A stretch of 64,000 nucleotides of DNA. Origin: Bacteroidales bacterium (GTDB lineage: Bacteria; Bacteroidota; Bacteroidia; Bacteroidales; JAAYJT01). The translations under genes and the position numbers were made by a program. The stretch is taken from contig JBASHR010000108.1 in NCBI GenBank assembly GCA_049654165.1, forward strand, positions 7,999 to 71,998, in the 5' to 3' direction. Position 1 is the first letter of the stretch. Each line of letters begins with the position of its first letter. Below are positions 31,101 to 39,203 of this stretch, piece after piece. The notes under the pieces are model-generated. The model was given only the letters and a program-made list of their open reading frames with translations. It had not been told where the DNA came from and made no database searches.

Positions 31101-31464
31101 GCATTTCATTTTGCAAACCTATATTGCTTTGGCGCACATCGCTGAGACGATTGAAAATCACAAACTGCAATTTATCCTGAAGCGACGTTTCGAGCATGCC
31201 GGCAATCCTTGGTATTTCCTGTTGCGCCATAAATGCGGTATAAGCTGCAAGATGCTCGCCGTTCAGATAGAAATAAGTGTCAAAATCATCAAAACGATAA
31301 TGAGTCCATAAAAAATCAATATAACTTACCCTTGAGCGTCCAAAATTTTGTTGCGAACCATAATAAAACTGAGCATGCAAAGAACCCGGCAACAGCAAAA
31401 ATAGCAGAAACGCAACCATAATCATGGCTGAATTAATTCTTCTTATTGCCGGTATATGATGCAT
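28144..31464 (-). CDS. Large outer-membrane protein with an Omp85/bacterial-surface-antigen-type C-terminal barrel preceded by TolB/PD40-like propeller repeats
   Basis: It has a signal peptide (LLLPGSLHAQ). PD40-like repeats include ICPDGRHITYVSNHLGRYKVILHD and AWHPSGRLLAIIAEDKG. The C-terminal region shows NLRGF...ELRFP...FADAGTAW and ends in a terminal Phe (SFGTDF). Confidence 0.6.
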   Translation of the reverse strand: MHHIPAIRRINSAMIMVAFLLFLLLPGSLHAQFYYGSQQNFGRSRVSYIDFLWTHYRFDDFDTYFYLNGEHLAAYTAFMAQQEIPRIAGMLETSLQDKLQFVIFNRLSDVRQSNIGLQNEMQYTYNTGGITHIVGKRVFLYFDGNYNHFDRQIRAGIAHVLIQQSLYGGSISSQVVSSAMSKLPQWYINGLVSYIAEPWSVETDNIVRNAFLSNRYKRFNQLEGQDAMYAGHSVWKYIADKYGETMLSNLVYMNRLGRSLENGIVYILGISLKTLLKEWKEYYQEMYEPSGQNLPSAAKSINIKNRNGEVYKNLRICPDGRHITYVSNHLGRYKVILHDMFTNKKRVLLRGGYRLEEIIDLSYPLIAWHPSGRLLAIIAEDKGFLNLYFYNLDDKDITQQHMVNFEKVLHFQYSDDGFYFVLSGVQKGETDLYLYHIPSNSFEKITNDIFDDNTPAFINKSGRVLFNSKRPADSLDLTTRFDFQPASGYYNLFMYDRSNKSKTLRRMIYEPASNQTHPLEYEKNYFSYLSDESGITNRYLGRFDSVIAYVDTATHYRYFVESMAVTDYPGDIVSYDINHSAGLLGEIVFYKDKYFIGIQPLESPEELVATHPGISPYVAAKFQNLPEIPKKEGAQEKPAAIKPKRFRSVMENEVESKIHIDDIVESDHELFTDTVPQELIPRRLEVQPEKTKDTVDKFRVPKRLNYNVEYFIDQLVNQLDFTYMAATYQPFTGSKSPLFLSPGLNAFLSVSLVDLLEDYRIIGGVRLSPDFVNNEYLLSLKNYKHRLNKEYLFYRQTIDETRESQTIRYYHSLVRHRVHEFHYILTWPFTRVLSLKSSLVLKNDKAVYLALDRISLQEADQTRNWAGFKAELIYDDSKSLGTNLFQGTRGKLFGEYYQGITKDHNNMVVLGADLRNYLPIHRNFIWANRFAASTSFGNNLLMYYLGGVDNWLLPKFDQEMNIDHTRPFAYQTLATNLRGFQQNIRNGNSFVVINTELRFPVFRYFLKRPISMQFINDFQIIGFADAGTAWTGLHPFMPGNHLFRKHFEQQPLSGWIEIQKEPVVSGLGTGIRTSLLGYFVRADVAWGFEDRRFLKPVFYLSFGTDF

Positions 31465-31566
31465 AACAATAAAGTTGAGCAGCTAAATTAACACATATTC
31501 CTTTAACGGTACTTTGCAGCTTATGTATATTTTTGCAAAAACCTTTATCAGCTATATTTATAACTT

Positions 31567-32208
31567 ATGATCAAGATTAAAGTTTTTGTTTTTAACCCTT
31601 TTCAGGAAAACACCTATATTTTACACGACGATACCAAAGAATGCATTATTATTGACCCTGGTTGTTATACCAAACAGGAAGAATCGGAACTGAGTGCCTA
31701 TATTTTTGATAATCAGCTAAAACCGGTAGCTATTATTAATACTCATACACATATTGATCATATTCTGGGTAATAATTTCATTTTCAGAACCTTCAATCTT
31801 AAGCCAATTATACATAATGCAGGAACTATCTTTTTAAACAATGTATCAGATTATGCGGCTATGTTCGGGATCCAGGTTTCTGATATGATAATGCCTGAGA
31901 AATTTATTGATGAAGGTGATAAAATAAGTTTTGGCAATTCAACTCTCGAAGTTCTTTATACTCCCGGCCATGCTGATGGCTCGGTTTGTCTTATAAACCA
32001 TGAACAAAGCTTCGTGATCACCGGAGATGTACTTTTTAACGGAAGTATAGGCCGTACTGACCTGCTCACAGGCGATTTTGACATTCTTACTGAAAGTATC
32101 ACCCAAAAATTATATTCTCTTCCCGATAATTATATCGTCTACCCAGGGCATGGAGATACTACAACCATTGGCAACGAGAAATTTAGCAATCCTTTTGTAA
32201 GAGGATAA
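31567..32208 (+). CDS. MBL-fold metallo-hydrolase (glyoxalase II-like)
   Basis: The motifs HTHIDH, TPGHADGS and GRTDL are present. Length is 213 aa. Confidence 0.85.
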   Translation: MIKIKVFVFNPFQENTYILHDDTKECIIIDPGCYTKQEESELSAYIFDNQLKPVAIINTHTHIDHILGNNFIFRTFNLKPIIHNAGTIFLNNVSDYAAMFGIQVSDMIMPEKFIDEGDKISFGNSTLEVLYTPGHADGSVCLINHEQSFVITGDVLFNGSIGRTDLLTGDFDILTESITQKLYSLPDNYIVYPGHGDTTTIGNEKFSNPFVRG

Positions 32209-32374
32209 AACAACCGGTAGTATTATTAAATCCATCAGATACGGATTCCTGTTATATTATTTGATAATGAAGTATTACAGCAATTCTCCGGAATTTGTTC
32301 AGATGTTTTATTAGTGTTCAAACCTAAAGGTTTTGTGCTCGAAATAATGCCGGACAATTAAAGCAATAAGACTT

Positions 32375-33376
32375 TCATTTCTGTGAATCAGCAAGTTTAT
32401 TAGCGGTTTTAGCAATTACAGAAACATCCAGAAGGTTCATGCAGTTAAAGTGCTTTTTAGGACATTCGTCGAAACCTATTTTGCTGCAGGGACGGCAATC
32501 AAGGTCCTTTATTTCAAAAATCACTGAGTTGTGTTTTAATTCTTCGGGTAAATATGGATACATACCAAACTCAGGTATTGTGTTGCCCCATAATGAGACT
32601 ATTTTCTTTTTGAATGCAGCAGCTATATGCATCAAACCGGTATCGTTGGTTATTATCAGAGAAGCTTGCTGAACCAAAGCCGCCGAGCGGTTAACAGAGA
32701 AAAGCCCGCATGAGTTAAATACTTTTTCAGGCAAAACATTTGTAATTTTCTCACCATTATGTCTGTCTTCCTTTCCACCAAGCAATACAACATGAAAATC
32801 AAGTAATTTGCATACGGCGAGCACTTTTTCCATTGGAAAAATTTTGGTGTTGTGCTTTCCTCCTATCACGAAGCCAATAAACCCTTTTTGATGACTTTCG
32901 GGCAGCCAGGATGAATGGTAAGAATCGCTCTCAGGAATAAAATAATCAAGGCCCTGACCATCATTGGAAATATTCAAACGGGCAGCAGCTTTAAAATAGC
33001 GGTCAACAATGTGAATATCAGGAAGGCGGTTAATCTTAAAACGGACAATTAACCATTTTTCGAGATTAAGTTTTGGGAAAGAACCAACAGGCCTGCACAA
33101 TATAATTTTTAAAATAGCAGATCTGAGATTGTTGTGAAGATCAATCACAAAATCAAACTTCTCTTTTTTCAATAATGATGCAAGCTTCACTAGACCATCT
33201 TCCAGACAATGTATCCGGTTAATGAACGGATTAGCGGAAAGTACGGGTTCATACTGCTTTTTGGTACAATAATGGATCTCAGCATCCGGTATTTGCTTTT
33301 TCAGGCAGCGAATCACAGGAGTAGTTAACACAATATCGCCGATTGAACTAAACCTTATGATGAGAATTTTTTTCAA
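32375..33376 (-). CDS. Glycosyltransferase family 9 (heptosyltransferase-like)
   Basis: The N-terminus is KILIIRFSSIGDIVLTTP. The C-terminal half contains NDTGLMHIAAA. Length is 333 aa. Confidence 0.8.
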   Translation of the reverse strand: MKKILIIRFSSIGDIVLTTPVIRCLKKQIPDAEIHYCTKKQYEPVLSANPFINRIHCLEDGLVKLASLLKKEKFDFVIDLHNNLRSAILKIILCRPVGSFPKLNLEKWLIVRFKINRLPDIHIVDRYFKAAARLNISNDGQGLDYFIPESDSYHSSWLPESHQKGFIGFVIGGKHNTKIFPMEKVLAVCKLLDFHVVLLGGKEDRHNGEKITNVLPEKVFNSCGLFSVNRSAALVQQASLIITNDTGLMHIAAAFKKKIVSLWGNTIPEFGMYPYLPEELKHNSVIFEIKDLDCRPCSKIGFDECPKKHFNCMNLLDVSVIAKTANKLADSQK

Positions 33377-33418
33377 ACAGAAAAGCTTATGTTGTTTTTA
33401 TATTTCCGAAAAATTCTT

Positions 33419-34195
33419 CTATTCACCATTCTTAGCTTTATTCCAGTATTCATCCATCTCTTCAAGGGTCATGTCTTTCAGTGATTTTCCATTTTTACGG
33501 GCTTCATCTTCAAGATAGGTAAAACGACGGATGAATTTTTTATTTGTTCTTTCGAGGGCATCCTCCGGGTTCACACCAATAAAGCGTGCGTAGTTAACCA
33601 AGGCAAAAAGCAGATCACCAAACTCTTCTTCTCTTTTCTTTTCATCATTAGTTTCAAGAGTGTTTTTCAATTCAGCAGCTTCTTCCATCACCTTATCCCA
33701 AACCTGATGTGGTTCTTCCCAGTCAAAACCCACACCACGAGCCTTCTCCTGGATACGGTACGCCTTTACCATAGCCGGTAATGAAACAGGCACCCCGCCA
33801 AGTACCGAACGATTTCCTTCCTGCAATTTTATTTTTTCCCAGTTGGTTTTTACATCTTCGGCATCATCAACCACAACATCACCGTAAATATGCGGATGAC
33901 GCATCACAAGCTTTTGATTTATTCCGTCAATAACGTCTTTTATAGTAAATGAATTCTGCTCCGATCCAATTTTGCTGTAAAAAACTATATGAAGCAACAG
34001 GTCGCCCAATTCTTTCTTTATTTCATTCATGTTACCATCAAGAATTGCCTCAGATAGTTCATAAGTTTCTTCAATGGTAAGATAACGGAGGGTTTCAATA
34101 GTCTGGGTACTATCCCAGGGGCATTTTTCTCTCAGGTCGTCCATTATTTCAAGGAGTCTCTGAAAAGAAGCCAATGCCGGTGAAAAATCAGTCAT
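33419..34195 (-). CDS. mazG: Nucleoside triphosphate pyrophosphohydrolase MazG
   Basis: It has tandem MazG domains: EETYELSEAI...ELGDLLLHIVF and EEAAELK...EEFGDLLFALV. Confidence 0.9.
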   Translation of the reverse strand: MTDFSPALASFQRLLEIMDDLREKCPWDSTQTIETLRYLTIEETYELSEAILDGNMNEIKKELGDLLLHIVFYSKIGSEQNSFTIKDVIDGINQKLVMRHPHIYGDVVVDDAEDVKTNWEKIKLQEGNRSVLGGVPVSLPAMVKAYRIQEKARGVGFDWEEPHQVWDKVMEEAAELKNTLETNDEKKREEEFGDLLFALVNYARFIGVNPEDALERTNKKFIRRFTYLEDEARKNGKSLKDMTLEEMDEYWNKAKNGE

Positions 34196-34324
34196 AATAT
34201 AAATTTTGAAAATGATAGCCGGGAATTAAAAAAAACAATGCCGGGGCAAATCAAAAATCCAATAAATTACTTAAATGCAATTTTTAATCCCTTAACATTC
34301 TGAATTTTAAATAATTGCATCATA

Positions 34325-35800
34325 TTAATATGCTCTTGCAAATATCACCCTTTTGGTTGACGGCTTTCCTGAATATACGCATTTTCCATGTTCAGTTTTT
34401 GCATCCAAAGGTATGACCCTTATTGTTGCTTTTGTTTCTTCCTTAATCTTTTGTTCGGTTTCAGGTGTTCCATCCCAGTGAGCTGAAACAAATCCTGCTT
34501 TATTTTCAATCACATCGCAGAATTCTTCCCATGAATCAACCTGGTGGGTATTGTTTTCTCTGAAAGCATAAGCTTTCTGGAAAAGGTTCTTTTGTATATT
34601 ATCAAGCAAATTAATAACCTTATTTTCAATATCAGTTATCTGAAAAACAGTCTTTTCAAGGGTGTCGCGACGGGCAACCTCAACAGTGCCGTTTTCAAGA
34701 TCCCGTGGTCCTATAGCAAGACGCACAGGCACGCCCTTAAATTCATATTCATTGAATTTCCAGCCCGGCTTAAAAGTATCTCTGTCGTCGTATTTTACTG
34801 AGATACCTTTTGCTTCAAGAGCATTTTTTATCTGTACTGCCTTTTCAGTGATTGCTACAAGTTGCTCAGGCAATTTATAGATAGGAACTATAACTACCTG
34901 GAGCGGAGCAAGTTTAGGCGGCAGAACAAGACCATTATCATCGCTGTGAGCCATGATTAATCCACCTATAAGCCTGGTAGAGACTCCCCATGAAGTAGCC
35001 CATACATAATCAAGCTGATTTGACTGATTTAAGAACTTCACATCAAAAGCTTTCGCAAAATTCTGCCCGAGAAAATGAGAGGTACCTGCCTGTAAAGCTT
35101 TGCCATCCTGCATAAGCGCTTCAATACAATAAGTTTCAATAGCACCTGCAAAGCGTTCATTCTCTGATTTAAAACCTTTAAGTACCGGAAGAGCCATCCA
35201 GTTTTCAGCAAAATCAGAATACACATTAAGTATACGTTCGGTTTCTTCAATAGCTTCTTCTTTTGTAGCATGAGCTGTATGACCCTCCTGCCATAAAAAT
35301 TCAGCAGTCCTTAAAAACAAACGGGTTCGCATTTCCCAGCGCACCACATTTGCCCACTGATTTATGAGCAATGGAAGATCGCGGTACGACTGTATCCAGT
35401 TCCGGTAAGTATCCCAGATGATTGTTTCTGATGTGGGTCGTATGATAAGTTCTTCTTCAAGTTTTGCTTCCTCATCCACGACAACTCCCTTGCCTTCAGG
35501 GTCATTTTTCAACCGGTAATGGGTTACTACAGCACATTCTTTTGCAAACCCTTCCACATGGCTTGCTTCACGGCTGAAAAATGATTTTGGTATGAATATT
35601 GGAAAATAAGCGTTTACATGACCTGTTTTTTTAAACATATCGTCAAGTGCAGCCTGCATTTTTTCCCAGATCGCATATCCGTAAGGTTTAATAACCATAC
35701 AACCGCGAACCGCAGAGTTTTCAGCCAGATCGGCTTTAATAACCAGGTCGTTGTACCATTGGGCATAATTTTCTGCCCTTGAAGGAAAATCTTTTGCCAT
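34325..35800 (-). CDS. proS: Proline--tRNA ligase (archaeal/eukaryote-like type)
   Basis: It is 491 aa. The sequence includes [16 protein letters not shown]...[15 protein letters not shown], has class II motifs and ends in the characteristic C-terminal Y. Confidence 0.9.
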   Translation of the reverse strand: MAKDFPSRAENYAQWYNDLVIKADLAENSAVRGCMVIKPYGYAIWEKMQAALDDMFKKTGHVNAYFPIFIPKSFFSREASHVEGFAKECAVVTHYRLKNDPEGKGVVVDEEAKLEEELIIRPTSETIIWDTYRNWIQSYRDLPLLINQWANVVRWEMRTRLFLRTAEFLWQEGHTAHATKEEAIEETERILNVYSDFAENWMALPVLKGFKSENERFAGAIETYCIEALMQDGKALQAGTSHFLGQNFAKAFDVKFLNQSNQLDYVWATSWGVSTRLIGGLIMAHSDDNGLVLPPKLAPLQVVIVPIYKLPEQLVAITEKAVQIKNALEAKGISVKYDDRDTFKPGWKFNEYEFKGVPVRLAIGPRDLENGTVEVARRDTLEKTVFQITDIENKVINLLDNIQKNLFQKAYAFRENNTHQVDSWEEFCDVIENKAGFVSAHWDGTPETEQKIKEETKATIRVIPLDAKTEHGKCVYSGKPSTKRVIFARAY

Positions 35801-35936
35801 TATTTACTATTATGGTATGAAAATTGTATTCTATTTAGTACCTAAAAAGTATTTGAAAACGGCAAAAGTAACAAATATTACAGCTATGAAATCAAGAATT
35901 ATACAAAATAACTTATTTTTCAGGGAGAGCAGAACA

Positions 35937-37646
35937 ATGAAACCCATTTCAATCCTTAGTCTTTTTGCAGTGATATTGCTATCATCCTGCGGTATTACCA
36001 GATCAGTTTCAACATCATATGACGATGTTTATTATTCTCCTAACGATCCGGTAATAGCTGTTAAAGAAGTTGTTGTCACACAGGCACCAGATCAGCAGCA
36101 AACTATCAAATCCGATGAAATTCAGGAGCAGGCGGTTGCTGACGATACAAGCTACTACACTGATCAGGATTATAACAATTATTACACCGAATCAGAATCG
36201 TATACTGACCCGGATGGCAATACCATAATCAATAATTATTACGGTGATTATTATGATTATTCATATGCCGCCAGAATCAGAAGGTTCCACCAACCTTACG
36301 GATTCAACTCTTATTACCACGATTATTATACCAATATGTACTGGTATAATTACGATCCTTTTTATTGGGGCACAAGTATTTACGCCGGCTATAACTGGTG
36401 GCCCTCATATTCATTCTATTACGGATGGGGCTGGCCAAGAAGAACATACTGGTCAGTATGGTATGACCCCTACTACATGTATGGCTTTGGATATCCGCAT
36501 TATTATTATGGCTGGAACAGCTATTCATACTGGTCAGGCTACAACCGTGGCTACTGGCACGGATACTGGGATGGCTACCTGGGATATCCATATTATGGCT
36601 CAGGCGGATGGTATAATAACAGCTATGATCAGAACTCTTATTATTACGGACCAAGATCTTCATTTGCCAGTAATACCGGCAGCGGTTCTTCCGGCAGAAG
36701 TGGAAGACCGGGTTCAGGTGGCGGAGTTGAAAAAGTTCAGGAAGAAATCAATACACCCAGAGGTTCTGTTACTACTGACCGTACTTCAAGACCTGACGGC
36801 AATATTGAAGCTTCACGTCAGGGCAGGCCTATTACAGAAACACAAAGAAGTGAGGGGCGTCCTTCAGTTCAGGAATCCGGCACTTCAACTTCAAGAGATG
36901 TAAGCACCGGCAGAGGAACTCAGAGACCCGGTAGTTCTGAAACACAAAGACCATCTTATGAGCGTCCTGTTTCTGAAAGACCTTCTACAAATCAAACCGG
37001 AAGAAAGGTTGAACCCAACCAACGTACCTATCAATATATTCGTGAAAGTGGCCGTGAAACCCAAACCTATCAGAGACCTTCAACACAGTCGCCTCAAAAA
37101 GAGCAGATTCAGAGGGAGCCACAGCCTTATACTTCGCCAAGATATACAAAGCCCAAATCCAGCGAAGAGTTCACTAATCCTGCCTACAGGAATCCGAGAG
37201 GAATAACCCGCCCGACTGAAAGTACAAGTCCTCAGAGGCAGGAAGATTTTCAAACTCCTTCAAGGTCAGAGCAACAACAAAACGCACCCGGCCGTGAAGT
37301 ACAAAGGCAGCCGCAACAGCAAACTTATCCGGGTCATGAAATACAAAGACCGCAACAGGAAAGTCCAGGACGTCAGCCTTCGGCTCAGCCCAGGTATGAA
37401 GCTCCTCCAAGGCAAGGTGAAAATCGTCAGACAGCACCTCCGAGATCAATGCAATCTCAGCCTTCACGATCATCCTCACCAGGATATTCTGCACCGTCAA
37501 GGAGCAGCAGCCCACCGCCATCAAGTTCAAGAAGTTCAGGCTATTCTGCACCTTCACGATCAAGTGGCAGCAGCTCTCATTCATCCGGATCTTCAGGAAG
37601 TTCTTCTTCAGGTTCTTCAAGATCATCAGGAAGAGGCGGGAGATAA
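35937..37646 (+). CDS. Lipoprotein with an extreme Tyr/Trp/Gly-rich block and a Ser/Arg/Pro/Gln-rich disordered tail (hypothetical)
   Basis: The lipobox is ILLSSCG at the internal ATG 35937. It is the only frame open across ~1.7 kb. The next gene starts 37 nt downstream on the same strand. Confidence 0.6.
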   Translation: MKPISILSLFAVILLSSCGITRSVSTSYDDVYYSPNDPVIAVKEVVVTQAPDQQQTIKSDEIQEQAVADDTSYYTDQDYNNYYTESESYTDPDGNTIINNYYGDYYDYSYAARIRRFHQPYGFNSYYHDYYTNMYWYNYDPFYWGTSIYAGYNWWPSYSFYYGWGWPRRTYWSVWYDPYYMYGFGYPHYYYGWNSYSYWSGYNRGYWHGYWDGYLGYPYYGSGGWYNNSYDQNSYYYGPRSSFASNTGSGSSGRSGRPGSGGGVEKVQEEINTPRGSVTTDRTSRPDGNIEASRQGRPITETQRSEGRPSVQESGTSTSRDVSTGRGTQRPGSSETQRPSYERPVSERPSTNQTGRKVEPNQRTYQYIRESGRETQTYQRPSTQSPQKEQIQREPQPYTSPRYTKPKSSEEFTNPAYRNPRGITRPTESTSPQRQEDFQTPSRSEQQQNAPGREVQRQPQQQTYPGHEIQRPQQESPGRQPSAQPRYEAPPRQGENRQTAPPRSMQSQPSRSSSPGYSAPSRSSSPPPSSSRSSGYSAPSRSSGSSSHSSGSSGSSSSGSSRSSGRGGR

Positions 37647-37683
37647 TAAATCAACTGAATTAAAAAAGAAAGAGACTTAAACT

Positions 37684-39132
37684 ATGAAACTACGATTGTT
37701 TATAACAACAGGGCTTTTGCTCTCTACACTACTGCTTTTCTCTCAAAATCAGGAAGATGCCTTGCGATTTTCAAAAACCTCAATGACGGGAACAGCCAGA
37801 TATATGGCAGCAGGCGGTGCCTTTGGTGCCATTGGTGCTGATTTTTCGGCTATTGGAGTAAATCCTGCCGGAATTGGAATGTTTCGTAAATCGGAATTTG
37901 TTTTAACTCCTCTGATCAATTTTCGAAAAACTGAGGTTAGTTATTTCGATGAACTTCATAGCGACGACAAGTATAATCTCGGATTGGGCAATATAGGTTT
38001 TGTATATTCCAGCGGTGGTTCAAACCGGATTCAATTTGGTTTTGGATATAACAGGATAAATAATTTCAACAACCGTGCCTATATCAAAGGGTATAACGAC
38101 AATAGTTCCTTGCTTTCAAATTATGTGCATCTGGCTGATTATACTCCTCCTGAAGAACTTGATCAATTTTCAACACAACTGGCATATGACACTTGGCTTA
38201 TTTGGGAAGACGTAAACCTGTTCTACAATAATGACGCTTACTGGGGAAATGTAATGCAGGAAGAGAAGATCATTACCGAAGGATCAATGAGAGAGCTTCT
38301 GTTTAGTTTTGGTTCGGATTATAATGATGTATTTTATTTCGGAGCTGCTGTTGGAATACCAATGATACGTTATAATTATGAATCGGTTTTCAGCGAAACT
38401 GACCCTCAGAATAAATATCCTGAATTTATCTCGATGAAAAGACGTGAAATAATTGAAACAAGAGGAACAGGAGTAAATCTGAAACTTGGTGCAATTGGAA
38501 GAGTTGGCGACTGGTTGCGTTTAGGCGTAGCTTTTCACACACCAACTTATTATTCAAATATGGAAGACAAATGGCGGGTGAGCATGAATTCAGAGCTTTT
38601 TATTGACAATGAGATCATTAAGAAATCTGCTGAGTCGCCCCGCGGAAGGTTTAAATATGAATTAACCACGCCTATGAAGGCTATTGGAAGTGCATCTTTT
38701 TTATTCGGGAAATCAGGATTTGTTTCAGCCGAATACGAATTCGCTGATTATACTGAAGCAAAGCTGAACTCATCAGATTATAAATTTGAAAGTGAAAATA
38801 AAAATATCCGTGATTCATATACCGCAGCACATAATCTCAGGCTTGGAACCGAATGGAGGATTAGCGATATATATTTCAGAGGCGGATATGCTCTTTTAGG
38901 AAGCCCATACAAATCAGGCGTTAACACCGGAAAAAGTACCCAAACTTCATTGGGACTGGGTTTTAGACAGCATGATTATTATATTGATTTTGCTTGGGTA
39001 AATACCAAAATGAAAGAGAACCGCTATATGTACAGCGTTCCTTCAGATCCTGAATTAGAGTTTTTCACACCTATTGCAAAACAAAATTTTAGTGAACAAA
39101 TGTATATGCTCACACTTGGATGGAGATTCTGA
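37684..39132 (+). CDS. FadL/OMPP1-like outer-membrane beta-barrel protein
   Basis: It has a signal peptide. The N-terminal hatch-like motif is GTARYMAAGGAFGAIGADFSAIGVNPAGIG. The sequence shows an alternating beta-strand pattern and a terminal aromatic residue (LGWRF). Confidence 0.6.
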   Translation: MKLRLFITTGLLLSTLLLFSQNQEDALRFSKTSMTGTARYMAAGGAFGAIGADFSAIGVNPAGIGMFRKSEFVLTPLINFRKTEVSYFDELHSDDKYNLGLGNIGFVYSSGGSNRIQFGFGYNRINNFNNRAYIKGYNDNSSLLSNYVHLADYTPPEELDQFSTQLAYDTWLIWEDVNLFYNNDAYWGNVMQEEKIITEGSMRELLFSFGSDYNDVFYFGAAVGIPMIRYNYESVFSETDPQNKYPEFISMKRREIIETRGTGVNLKLGAIGRVGDWLRLGVAFHTPTYYSNMEDKWRVSMNSELFIDNEIIKKSAESPRGRFKYELTTPMKAIGSASFLFGKSGFVSAEYEFADYTEAKLNSSDYKFESENKNIRDSYTAAHNLRLGTEWRISDIYFRGGYALLGSPYKSGVNTGKSTQTSLGLGFRQHDYYIDFAWVNTKMKENRYMYSVPSDPELEFFTPIAKQNFSEQMYMLTLGWRF

Positions 39133-39170
39133 AATACTTTTTTCATAATACTCCCCTAAACAGGGATGCC

Positions 39171-39203
39171 ACCGGCTGAAACTAATCAGCCGGTTATTTT
39201 TTT
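39171..39203 (+). terminator. Strong rho-independent terminator after the FadL-like gene
   Basis: A 9-bp stem ACCGGCTGA/TCAGCCGGT with loop AACTAA is followed by TATTTTTTT. It overlaps the stop codon of the convergent TPR gene. Confidence 0.8.

Noticed and set aside
36244-37680. Four additional long ORFs (36244-36903 +, 36304-36663 -, 37174-37626 -, 37294-37680 +) overlap the low-complexity lipoprotein gene.
   Set aside because: They are by-products of the biased codon composition (Tyr/Gly/Ser/Arg repeats lack stop codons in several frames). None has a signal peptide or a sensible start context. Only the annotated frame spans the whole region and starts with a lipobox.
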